Assembly: GCA_043228905.1 (NCBI GenBank)
Contig: JBHGNT010000005.1
Span: forward strand, 21,886,001-21,950,000
From: Azolla caroliniana
Lineage: Eukaryota; Plantae; Polypodiophyta
Direction: 5' to 3'
Length of the DNA stretch: 64,000 nt
Under the pieces are notes generated by a model. The model searched no databases, was not told the origin of the DNA, and worked only from the letters and a program-made list of their open reading frames with translations. Made by a program: the position numbers and the translations under genes. Positions 1-12,499 of this stretch are shown in pieces; the first letter of the stretch is position 1; each line of letters opens with the position of its first letter.

Positions 1-510
1 ATCACACATAATTATGTTCACAAAGCCCAACCCACTTACTCAAGTGTTAAAGTTTCACTTTTATCCAACAAAAGTCATTGGTTTGAATACACTGGCATGT
101 AAGCAGGATTTTCCATGGTTTCATTAGCCAAGTACTAAGTTCCATGTTTTCTAGTTTGCAATTGTGGTTCATCAATTTTGGTCCTCTGTCAATGGAGCAA
201 TCGTATATATAACAATTCATTATTGTTGCCATCACTTCTCGTGCTATTGCTTAATTGAAATAAAGTGAGTGCGGAATTCTACAATTCATACGAATAATAA
301 GTCCTCAAGGTTGAATGCATAACAGATTAGACATCATATTATTTTGAGATTTTGCCATAACAAAAGATACAATGATAATTACCCAAGAGAAATGAGACCT
401 TATGCACAACCACGAATTTGTCTACTTAATGTTGTTGCTAGAGGGCATGACATTCAACTCACGATGTAATAATAGTGCACTTAAACATAAATTTCCAAAC
501 CACAATTCCT

Positions 511-948
511 GTTGTACACCTAATTCAAACCTGTATTGGTGTTAACCTCCTAGATTGAAGAATTTGCAAGGCATGTATTAAGCATTTGCAATTTATACTA
601 AAGTTTAAAAAAAAAACACTTCCCGTAGTACACTGGATCTAATTAAAACCTGTATTGGTGTTAAACCTCCTAGATTGAAGAATTTGCAAGACATGTATTA
701 AGCATTTGCAATTTATACTAAATTTAAAAAAAACACTTCCCGTTGTACACTGGATCTAATTAAAACCTGTATTACTGTTAATCTCCTAGATTGAAGAATT
801 TGGAAGGCATGTATTTAACATTTGCAATTTGTACTAAAAATTTTAAAAATACACTTTCTGTGGTACACTGGATCTCCTGCAAACCCGTATTGGTGTTAAT
901 CTCCTCGATTGAAGAATTTGCAAGGCATGTATTTAGCGTTTGCAATTT
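511..948. repeat. ~120-bp tandem repeat, ~3.6 copies
   Basis: Unit containing CCTGTATTGGTGTTAA.CTCCTAGATTGAAGAATTTGCAAGGCATGTATT..CATTTGCAATTT recurs four times with scattered substitutions. Confidence 0.9.
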
Positions 949-1117
949 GACTCATTCACTGCTGGTCTAAAGCACTAGTCAATGTGAGACAAGAAACTAT
1001 ACTCCAAATCCCAGCAGACAAACATTTAGCCATCACACAAGGATTGTGAGCAGTTCTCTGTGATGGTTAGAGTGCATCTCATACACATTGAGTGGGGGAT
1101 CTACAAAGTTACAAGAT

Positions 1118-1119
<2 letters not shown>

Positions 1120-1184
<65 letters not shown>
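1120..1184. repeat. (TA)n microsatellite
   Basis: Uninterrupted TA dinucleotide run. Confidence 0.98.
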
Positions 1185-1189
<5 letters not shown>

Positions 1190-1887
1190 AAGTCCTAAAT
1201 AACCTATAGGAACATTAAGCATATCAGAATCTAATATGTGAATCTTCCTTCATTTACACTACTGGAATTATCTTTTATATGTACATGATAAACTATTTGA
1301 TTATAGATATGTGAATCATCATAATGTAATATGTGAATAATCTGGATTCTAGAAATATCTAAGCCATTTGTGAAGGCTGCAATCATGAAATGATCAAAGG
1401 AAACATTTCTAGCATAAAGATGTATCATTTGATCATTTCATGTCCTTTCCAGCAACACCTATAGGCATAACCTGCAGCTGTCTTTTTAATATGTTCTCTC
1501 ATACCTCTTACAATGAATGGTGAGATAAGGGTTCCAACTTCACGCACGCATGACCAACCAGCATCAATTAGGATATTGGGCAAAGAACTTTCCGCAAGAG
1601 ATTTAACATTGTTAGCAATTCAATCAAAGCAACACCAATAAAACCATGATAATAAACAATACCAGTAGAACATCCACAAATCCAAGGTCCAGACAAACAC
1701 ATGTAAACAACTTGGCAAAGAGCAAGATAGTGATCAAACATGTATACAAATATCCATTAAGGAAGACATTACAACAGTAGCAATGAACAGTCCATTAAGG
1801 ACACATCTAGCTCTAAAGAGACATCAAAGGTTGGCAATATTCAGCAGCAACCTTGAGAAAAGTAGAAGAAACGTATGGAACGTTTTC

Positions 1888-2301
<414 letters not shown>

Positions 2302-2321
2302 TCATCTCTGATCTGTTGTGT

Positions 2322-2472
2322 TTTATATAAGAGGTTATACGTACATTCTATCTTTGCCGTTCGATCGAATCCATTCTGGACGGCTCCGATCAATTCAAAC
2401 CTCTGTCTGCGCGGATCGATCCTTTCCCGCCCAATCTGTTCCACCGTCCGATTCGTTCACACCATCCAACGG
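2322..2472 (-). promoter_or_regulatory. Histone H4 promoter: TATA box, octamer, CCGTCC, nonamer
   Basis: TATATAAA (minus, 2322-2329); plant histone octamer CGCGGATC 2410-2417; CCGTCC 2444-2449; nonamer CATCCAACG 2463-2471 overlapping an MSA-like AACGG. Confidence 0.8.
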
Positions 2473-4279
2473 TCACGATCGAAACGCAGGAGAACAATGT
2501 CCTCCCTGAAGCTCAACATGCCTTAATGCAAAAAAAAACTCAAAACAAAAACCATGAAAGGGCCATAACCCTAATTCCACAAAAACCTAGAAACTCCGGA
2601 AATGCCCCTATAGGGAAAAACCCTAAATTCCCCAAAAAGAAACCTGGCAAAGCTTGTTCACGCTCCAATTTGAAAACCCTAAGCTCCTCCCCTTGCACTT
2701 CAAATTGTGATCGTATTCGCTCGCTCAGAAGCACATGACTCATTGCTCTTAGTTGTAACGAATCTCTCGAATCACTCATTGTGTGCTCAACAACATGTTT
2801 TCCTATTTTCTATCACTTTTTTGTCTGGATTAATGTATGCTTACGTTCGTAATCATGCTACCACTTATTCTTAATTCCTAAGTCTCTGTCGATTGCTTTT
2901 ACCATACCAGACGTGCCATCTGATTTGGCTCAAAAATGCTTCATCTTTAATATGACAAACTCATATGTTATCCACATCATTGATGTGGAACCTTATATCG
3001 TTCGAGTCCTTTTTTTGCGTAGAGAGCTCCTACACCACCTACCTTCTAAACCCTCACAAACATTGAACTCAATCCTTTCTCTATGTGGTGGTTATGATTA
3101 CTCTTCCACGCCCACAATATTTCTTCCACTTCAAGTGAGAGTGAGGAATAGTGTTGGACAATCTTTTTGACCCCAATGAGAATTTTTCATGCCACTTGCT
3201 ATCAGAATTCTTATAGACCATCTGCCTCCTACTCTACGTGTCATCTAGAAATCAGAATCTAACGACTTTTCTTCATAATTCTCATAGTTGAACCATCACA
3301 TAGCAAATTGTAAATCACATATAGATGTCCTACTTCTCACTAACATAGCATGATTTTCAATTGAAATATTTGTGTCATATACTAAGCCATTGTCAACCAT
3401 TTATTGCTAAGAAGAAAGAGACAAGCTTATCACTTCTCCATTGTCACCAAACGAATTGATAATCAAAAGAGCAATAGGTCGAGATTGGACTTGACATGGG
3501 AAGAATCTAGGGATATTTTCAATCATAATCTATTCTCATGTTAAAATTTCTGCAAGTATGGTCAAGAGTGAGTGAGAGAGAGAGAGAGAGATGCCATTGG
3601 TCAAGACGCATAATCGGTCCATACTACCGACGGTTGCAAAACCATCAATGTAGGTGTAGAGGGCATATGGTCGCAAACTTAGGAGAAGGTGTCATGGGAT
3701 ATCTTGTTTGTCAATTAAGACGATGAAGAAAGTTACAAAATAGAAGGAGCACCTTGATTCTTCATGGTACATTGGGCCCTAACACTTTTCATTGGTCTAG
3801 TGAGTTCCATTGTGTTACTACTTTGAGGAATTTGAAAGAAGGACGAAGCTCTTTGGAGTTCTTGATCCATTCACACAAACATGGAGCTTTAAAAACTTAA
3901 CAAAACAAGTTACTATTGCAAAGCCAAAAGCTACCACATGGGGCAATGACATTTTTTTCCCCATAAAAAATATCCTCCATTGGTATTAAATTTAAAGTGG
4001 CCAAAAGCAATATACAAATAGTATATAATATATACCATCTCAACAATTATAGATCATCAGAGAAAAAGGACCATGAGTTTTGTGATGTCAAAATCACTAT
4101 CTCAGAGAGAAAATGTGTGTTTCTTTGGTGCGTGTGTGTGACTTTCTTTTTTATGTCAAAATCACTACCAAAAAGAAAGTTACAAAACCACAAACAAACT
4201 AAGGATCTGAAAACGATTACTTATGCATCTCTGGCTCTCTTTTTGGTGTGTGTTTTTTGCTTCTAGAATATGCATACAT

Positions 4280-6030
4280 CCATGGCATCCATGGTTGTGT
4301 ATTTCTCTTTTTCTCAAAATTTCCATTTCTCACTTCTACCTTTATATATTATTCACTTTTCTTTAAGCTTGCAAAATGCATATGATCCTGTCCTAGAGAA
4401 ACCAAGAAGTTGACCTAAAACATTTAGCCAATCAAAAGATAAACCTCCAAACCATACCCACCCTAATACCACACCACAATAAGCAAGTCCTTCAGATTCC
4501 CACAAATTGTTTGACTCAAGGGAGAGTTAATATTGTCTTCAAAAAGATTGTATAATTCAAGAAGAATGCCAAATTCATGAAGCCAACAAAACAAGTTGAA
4601 ACCCAATTTCAGACACTCGAGGAAAATTCATGGTTCTCTCCAAATCTCCATTTAAAATTGCCCATACTGCCAATATGGGTCCACAATTCATACCATCACA
4701 CCACATAAGACCAAAATTGTTGACCCCACTTGTTTTACCAAAATGAGAGATGATTGAGGGATATATAGCAGAACCACCATGTAACCTTGCAATTTGAAAG
4801 ACATATCTCATGAACCAGCTACAAATGCACCAATATACATACATACATGGTTGTGTGTTTCTCTTTTCCTCCAATATTTCCATTCCTCACTTCTATCATC
4901 AGTTGTACCTTTATATATTATCACTTTCCTTTAAGCTTGCAAAATGCATATTTGGAGAAATGCCTTCTTTCTGCCTTTCTTCGAGTTTTTTTTCAAAGTT
5001 TCTGAATTACCGCCATACCAACATATCCAACAATAGGTGCAGTCCAAGAAACGATGTCTCGATTTGCCATCCACCCAAAAATGTTCTCAAACTCTAAAGA
5101 CATAGTAAATTTGCTATACATGTCAACCAAAGTGTTGGCAATAGAACGATCATTTTCCATTCCCCTTTCTATAATTTCAACATGTAGATGACGTCCTTTA
5201 TCCAAACATCCAATCTCACAACAAGCTTTCAATGTACCAGTATATATTGCAATGTTTGGACTACTACCCTCCATGGACATGTTTTTGAGCAAATTCAATA
5301 CTTCTTCGGTTAGGCCGTGCTCAACATATATTGTAATCAATGCTTTCCACGAGAGAACATCTTTGATTGCAAGAGTAGCAAAGACTTCTCGTGCATCCAA
5401 CAAAGAGCCACACCTAGCATACATCCCTATCACACTATTCCCAATACAAATATCACTTTCGAAACCATCCCATACGTAGATTTGAACCATTTCAATGCTT
5501 CTTCAACATGCTCATGTTCATCATAATTTGCAATCAACACATTCCAAGCTATTCCATCTTGATCTTGAAGGTTATCAAAGACTTCTTGTGCTTTTGCAAG
5601 TGCCCGACATTTACCATACATATCCACCAATGCAGTTCCAATCAATCTACCCTTATCCAGAAACAAAAGGTCGTCTTTAATAATCTCACCATGTACTTTT
5701 TAACCCTTATCAAGGTTTCGAATGCTATCACAAGCTTTCAAGATGGAGAGAAATGTGACCACATCAGGCAACACTCCCTCTCTCTGCATTTGCTCAAAGA
5801 AATCAAGTGCTTTCTGGCCATCTCCATGTTTGGCATACCCACAATTTATGTACATATCCACTAATCTCGTGGTACTTGTGCTTCAACTATCAAACCACAT
5901 TTCACATACATAACAAACTAACAAATTTGCAATGCAAACATCTCTGTCAAAAGCATGGAAAAACCATCTATGAGTGTATTTCTTGACCATTTTCTATGTT
6001 GCTGCATGCTTTCAAGCTACAAACAAGTGA
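4280..6030 (-). pseudogene. PLS-class pentatricopeptide repeat (PPR) pseudogene
   Basis: Frameshifted ORFs 4993-5490 and 5430-5666 contain PPR motifs (GNSVIGMYARCGSLLDAREVF...DVLSWKALI, GTALVDMYGKC..LAKAQEVFD, NTLVDMYSK). Flanks are more degenerate, so boundaries are approximate. Confidence 0.85.
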
Positions 6031-6442
6031 ATTTCAAACTCTCTTTTTTTCATGAAAAAATATCCTCCATTGGTATTAAAGTTAAAGTGGCCAAAGGCAA
6101 TATACAAAGTAGTCAAATATTACAATGAATATTGTAAAGTTGTGCCAAATTGCCCTAGACAATCTATTTAGGAAAATATAAGTAAGAAACAACCTATAAC
6201 CAATCTTTATAGGCAAAGAAAGTATAATGAAGCCATATTATTCTCCTAATCATCAACATGAAGAAGAACACACAACACGAGTGGTCCTATGACTTGCAAA
6301 TGGTACTAGTTCCATGCTATAGAAACATCATCTTCCAACTGAAGCTCTTCTTGATAAGCATTTTTAGTTGGAAAATTTCTATACATCAAGACCTTCTTCA
6401 GCTGTTGTAGTTGTAGACACTAATTAGTCCATGATGCGCATG

Positions 6443-6522
6443 CCGGTTGGAGTAAAATGCGATGAGCCGCCTTGGATAGCCCCCGGTTGGAGTAAAATGC
6501 GATGAGCCGCCTTGGATAGCCC
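6443..6522. repeat. Perfect 40-bp tandem duplication
   Basis: CCGGTTGGAGTAAAATGCGATGAGCCGCCTTGGATAGCCC twice in tandem. Confidence 0.95.
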
Positions 6523-8327
6523 CCAACTATCCTCTCCCATGTTGAAACCAAATGCGTCCTTCATCTCCACGACCATCGAGAATGTACTTGTATTAAACCT
6601 CCATACCATCAACACTCCTCTTTAGCACATACCATCGAGAATGTACATGTCAATTTTTCAAACTAATTATTACGAAACTACCCATTTTCCTACCAAAACT
6701 ACCCCTCTACGTTTTCTTTCCTCAACAACTTGTAATTGTCCTCTAGTTGTCATCGTATCTTTACCTGAGTATTTATGTGAACAGGTTGGCATAACTTTTT
6801 CCAATGGAGGGGTATCATGGAGCAATGACACCTGTAGGTGCACCCTCAACATCAACATCATCACAAATGGGAAAGAGATGGGAACCATTGTGATACACAC
6901 ACCCCTCAATTTAGCAACAACAACGGAAATATGCTTTTAGGAACATGTAGATAGATTGAACGTCTTGCATTCAACATACATAACATTTGGGCATCATTGC
7001 AATGCATTGTTTGTCCTCATGACTGAGAAGATAAAATTTGAATAATTTATATATGATATTTCCATGTAAGATATGTATATACTTAAGAAAAACTCACGGG
7101 CATTTATATTTCATTATCATGTATTTCCTTAACATTGTGATGATTCCAAGGCCATTGTAACATTATGAGGTGGATAACATCCTTCAGAGTGCATGTGGAA
7201 TGATTTCCTATAATGGTGTCCACGAAATCTCTAGGTTATATCCCTTTTGAACATCATCATACCCCAATAGGTGGTTAGCATTATGCTAAGCTCGCTGGTT
7301 CTCATATGCAAAAAACATTATATTGCAACCAATTACATTGGTGGCATAGGCCACATTGGCAAAGAAGAAGAAAAGGCAAGCTTACAAAGGAATGGAATAT
7401 GCATAGCATATTATATATCAAACTTATTACTTGTGAGGATGTTTTGCCGCGTATACATTGGAACCACGTAGGGTTATGGTAGCAAATTAATGATGCAAGG
7501 GTAGCAAATGAATTATCCAAGGGGAGCAAATTTTATATTAGACTTTAAAAGGTAGGTATTTTAATCATGAGCATGTTTGTGTTTGACCAACCAAACTCTA
7601 TTTGTTCCCATGGCTCCATCCCTAGGGTGGGGAATAGAAAAAGATCAAAATCCTTCTTTGTGGCGACCATTGGATACTCCATGGATTTAAGTGGGTTCCT
7701 AGAAGGGCATCCATTGGACATTGGATGGATTAACATGGGTTTCTACTTACCTAGGGTAGGTTAGAACACCTTTCTGTTGGTGATGCATTGCAAGTCTATT
7801 GAAGATTAATGTACTACTAAACACCCTTCAACACATAATCATTTCCAATGTTTGAAAAAAATCATAGTTCAAGGCAACAATTTAAAAACCTAATATGTAC
7901 CATTTCGACCACGCGTGAATCGCACCCACCATGTGGTCATTATTCATGTTAAACTCATATTTATTTTGGGGTACATAACCGAGTTTTAAGGTGTGGGGAG
8001 AAAACACAAAAGAACCAATAGCATGAGAAATTTAAAAAAAAAACAGATGTAATTTAGGCAATGTTGGTGTTTATGGTGATTTATGATTTACATACTTTAA
8101 TGTGTGGGTTTTCTGATATTAATATACAGGTCAATGATAGATTTGGGGGTTTAACGGATCAATGGAAAGCAATGGGCAAGCAATGGTGATTGTGTTTATT
8201 CTGATCGGTTAATCCAGAGAAATATATCTTAGAAATATCTAAGGTTCTGATTGTTTTGGTTAAGAGAGATACATATCTAAGATTTGTGTGATTGGCATAC
8301 TGGAGCAACACTCTGAGAACTCATTGA

Positions 8328-9520
8328 TTAGTAGTAAGGTATGAGATAGCTGAGAGAGGGATCCTCCTCGTAATTATCATCATCATCATGGAAAAATCCC
8401 ATACCAGATTGGGGAGAATCATAACCAGAATCGTAAGGAGGATCGAAATCGGAGACATCAGAGGAGGAATCGTAGAAATAATGGGATTCATCGACATTCT
8501 GTGGATTGTAGTGAGGCGATGATGATGCGGCGATGCGGAGGACACAGATCCAGGAAGAGACTGCAATGGAGGCGGCTGCACGGAAGCGGCCCGGCAGGAA
8601 AACATTCTCCTGCAGCCTCAGAAACATCCTCCCGATCCTCCGTATCACCATCATACCACTCATCTTTGCCTCTGTATATGAACTAAAACGATCAATTATG
8701 TTGTATCGCCATCATACCACTCATCTTTGCCTCTGTATATGAACTAAAACCATCAATTATGTTGTATCACCATCTGAATACCACTCATCTTTGCCTCTGT
8801 ATATGAACTAAAACGATCAATTATGTTGTATCACCATCATACCACTCATCTTTGCCTCTGTATATGAACTAAAACCATCAATTATGTTGTATCACCATCA
8901 TACCATTCATCTTTGCCTCTGTATATGAACTAAAACCATCAATTATGTTGTATCACCATCATACCACTCATCTTTGCCTCTGTATATGAACTAAAACCAT
9001 CAATTATGTTGTATCACCATCTGAATACCACTCATCTTTGCCTCTGTATATGAACTAAAACGATCAATTATGTTGTATCACCATCTGAATACCACTCATC
9101 TTTGCCTCTGTATATGAACTAAAACCATCAATTATGTTGCAATTGCCATTACTCCCCATGCTTTTGGCTCTGCAGATTCTACTTTGTAGCCCCTCTTTTG
9201 GCGTTTTTGCTGCGTTTTTCTTTTTATTCTGGCTTTCTTTCTCTTTGTTTTGCTCATCCTCTTAACTTTCCAATCGTTTCCTCCCCCACTCCACAAACGC
9301 AAATTACAAGAAGGAAAACAAAAAAAAAGCAGGCAAACTTCTTCATTATTAACAAAATTTGTAACAGGTCCAGGAAATCTGAAGAGAGAGTATAGCGTGG
9401 AAAATGATCGAAACAGCGAGGGTTTTCGTTTTGAGGTGATGCGAACCAGAAACCCTAAGGTGAAAAAGCAGAGATACAGAGGGGTTTCTGTGTAATCTCC
9501 ATCGCTAGCGTAAGCCATGA
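8328..9520 (-). other. Possible gene or pseudogene of unknown function interrupted by a tandem array
   Basis: ORF 8328-8663 has an acidic D/Y/S-rich tail. Upstream are an MAYASDGDYTE start and a K/E-rich segment, with telo-box-like motifs further upstream. No recognisable domain. Confidence 0.3.
8642..9138. repeat. 61/64-bp minisatellite, 8 copies
   Basis: Units start at 8642, 8703, 8764, 8828, 8889, 8950, 9011, 9075. Consensus GTATCACCATC(TGA)ATACCACTCATCTTTGCCTCTGTATATGAACTAAAAC(C/G)ATCAATTATGTT. Confidence 0.97.
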
Positions 9521-9686
9521 AAATTGCAATTCCTTGATTCAATAAGCCATGGATCAGGCGAGATCAATACATATATTGGCGATGGTGAAGAAGACAAGAC
9601 AAATAAGAGAGGAAAAACAGGGCCATAGTATCCTACAAGTAGCATGTGTTTGAAAGGCACTAGAACACTTAGTTCATTAGAAGAAG

Positions 9687-9740
9687 GGGTTTACGGTTTA
9701 CGGTTTACGGTTTACGGTTTGTATAGGGTTTAGGGTTTAG
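9687..9740. repeat. Short telomere-like repeat cluster
   Basis: (GGTTTAC)x4 followed by TAGGGTTTAGGGTTTAG. Confidence 0.8.
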
Positions 9741-11924
9741 AATGTACTTATATTTGCGAGTCTCGAAATAAGGTGCGTACGCGTGCGTCCGAGTGTGTAT
9801 AATTCTTGTCGGTTCGTTCATGGAACTGAGTATGTAAATACTCGTGTCGTAGTTGCTTACCGTTGCCCTTCGTGCACTTTTTGCAATTCGTGCACCAGGG
9901 ATATGAAGACACTCTTCTGAAATTGTGGTGTATGAAAGCGTACTGAATTATGAGCGAGTGTTTTATAAAATGATGTAAATAAATTGTAGGAAGTCTAATA
10001 TGCATACATATATGGGTGTGTTTGCACTGATAGATGTTTATGTGCCATGCAAGCCCATGTGTGTACACGCATGTGTTCGAAGATCCACAAATGCATAAAA
10101 GGGATGTGCGTGCGGATTTCTTTTTAAATGTATGTGATTTGGTGCATTTGTGTGTGTGTTTACATGTAAACTTGTTTGCGTGGTAGGGTTGGGTTTGGAT
10201 TGCATAGATCTTTACTATTGTCTTGTCAACATTATCATCATCATAGACGGAAAGGGAGGGGAGCCATTGTGACCTACAGATCCCTCAATTTAGCAACAAC
10301 AACAATAATGTGATTTCAAGAACAAGTATAGATAGATTGAACATATTGCTTTTTCAACATACATAACATTTGGGCATCATTAATGCAATGCAGTTGTTGG
10401 TCCACAAATGGCACAACATTTTTCTTTTTCTTTTTGGGTATGTCCACAACTATCCTATTGTCCCACAAAGCACGTCGTGGTGTTGGCCATTCGATGGGTC
10501 ATAATAATAGATGCATGTAAATTGTAGGATTCGATTGCCTATTGCCTACATTTATAAAATGGTCGAGAACATGACTACCATGTTATTAATTAGTGTTAAG
10601 GCATCTCCTAGAGTTGAGGTCAATAACTCAATTATATGTAACCATGCATGTCAAGCAATCGATAGGACATTAATATTGTATGCACAAGCAAAAAGATTGT
10701 ACAATCGGTATGATCACCACTCTTGACTTCCTTTATATAAGAGGAGAACAAGACAAATGGCGGTAGTTAAAGAATAATCAACACATAACACATTACTACA
10801 TCTCTAATTATCCATATTAACCAACTTGCCCTCGTAGTAGACCCAAACTCTTCTTGCATCTGAAATTAGTCAAATGATGCATCTAATCACCTTTTATTAC
10901 CACTGAGCCATTGTCACACAATTGTATCTCTTATTATTAATTGAGTTTTTATCATCTAATCATGTCAAATTTCCTTAATATTTTTGATATTTAAATTCTT
11001 CATATTAAGTATCTTCAACAATTGTTTTATTAAGTGATTAAGTGTTCAACACTTAACAAAGTCCAATCAATGCATCTCATAAAAACATCCAACACTAACA
11101 ACTTTTGGACAAAATCGATCGACTAGCGACGACTATTCATATGCTTATTGGCTAGTTGCCTATACAATGACTATGGTGTTGTAACCCTTCATCGGTTGAC
11201 AATAAGCATTGACCGACAAATGTTGGTGGTTTGGGACAATATTTATATATCCTTAGAACACAAGTCAACTTGTGGGTAATGGGTGAAAATACATATTACC
11301 TACCTTAATGGTTGGGATCTGAGTTTGATGTTTATTGTAATATTGTTGGCGTGCAAAAGGAGGTTTGCCTTACATATTGGGTGTGGATTCTTCATCTTCT
11401 ATGGATTAATCATTCCTATACATGAATCCATGAACAAAACGTCATAAAGATGAATTGCTACAGTAAAAGGGGATAAAAAAAATTGTCTCCATCCCTTGCT
11501 ATGCATTTTTCTGCAAAACGTTTGATTAGCCCAATCTTCGACCTAGCCTCGAACACGTTCTCGACGTCTTGTCAATGGCTAGCTTAATCTCCGCATTCTT
11601 CTCCTCTTTGTTTCGATAAGGTTTACAGTTAACCTAATCTCTCCAGCCTAATCCTTGGGCACGATTTCCGGGCGATGGGATTTGTAGCTGTGCTAGGCAC
11701 ACACAGGACACACGTGGAAAGCTATAGCCTCTTTCCGACCAAGGATATGGGCAAGTTAAGAATCACGAGAAGCCCGAAACTCAACGAATTTGCCCGCCCG
11801 AGTCGCATGTAAAACGAATCTTGTTGTCCCAGGCCTTAGGGTCTCCAGTGTCCTTCGTCTTGGTTCTTGGAGCCAACGACCATGTGACACGTGCCAAAGC
11901 AAGACACGTATGTGCACGTGCGTC

Positions 11925-11964
11925 TATACACATACATACGTACGTACATACATACATACATACA

Positions 11965-11995
<31 letters not shown>

Positions 11996-12072
11996 GTACA
12001 TACATACGTACGTACGTACATACATTGTATGTATGTATGTATGTATGTATGTATGTATATGTGTATATATAC
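11925..12072. repeat. Compound (CATA)n/(TATG)n microsatellite in inverted arrangement
   Basis: CATA run to ~12025, followed directly by its reverse complement TATG run. Confidence 0.95.
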
Positions 12073-12499
12073 ACGCGTAGCCTTCTGCCTTCTTGTCTGC
12101 TACCTGCCTGCCTGCATCATTTCTTCCCCTTAGATTCTTGATCTTTTTTTTGCCTTGGTCTGCAGGGCGACGATGAGGACATAGCCTGCAGCAGCAGCTG
12201 CAGGAGGAGGAGGAAGAAGAGGAGGGGTAGAACAGGAAGAACGAGAGCAGAGAAAGAAAGAAAGAAGTTTGAATGAAGGAAGCCCGGCAGGCAGGCAGCA
12301 AGAAGAACAACAATCAATAAAGAAAGGGATAAGGAAGAAGAAGGATAATATCAATAGAAAAGATAAAAGGAGTAATTTGAAGGAAGAAGGAAGGGCGGAC
12401 GACACAAGAAAGATAGATAGAAGATTGAAGAAGAAGGAAGAGAGCAACCGGAGAAAGAAAGAAAGACGGAAGAAGCTCTTTTGAATTACACGATTCATC

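Noticed and set aside
1560-1887. Histone 3' stem-loop
   Set aside because: No metazoan-type stem-loop seen; land-plant histone mRNAs are polyadenylated.
2770-3900. Possible very old TE relic
   Set aside because: No motif could be supported by eye.
7100-7850. Short ORFs of 63-75 aa
   Set aside because: No recognisable domain, splice pattern or codon signal.
8642-9138. Regular repeat array resembling CRISPR
   Set aside because: Units are contiguous with no unique spacers, there are no cas genes, and the context is eukaryotic.
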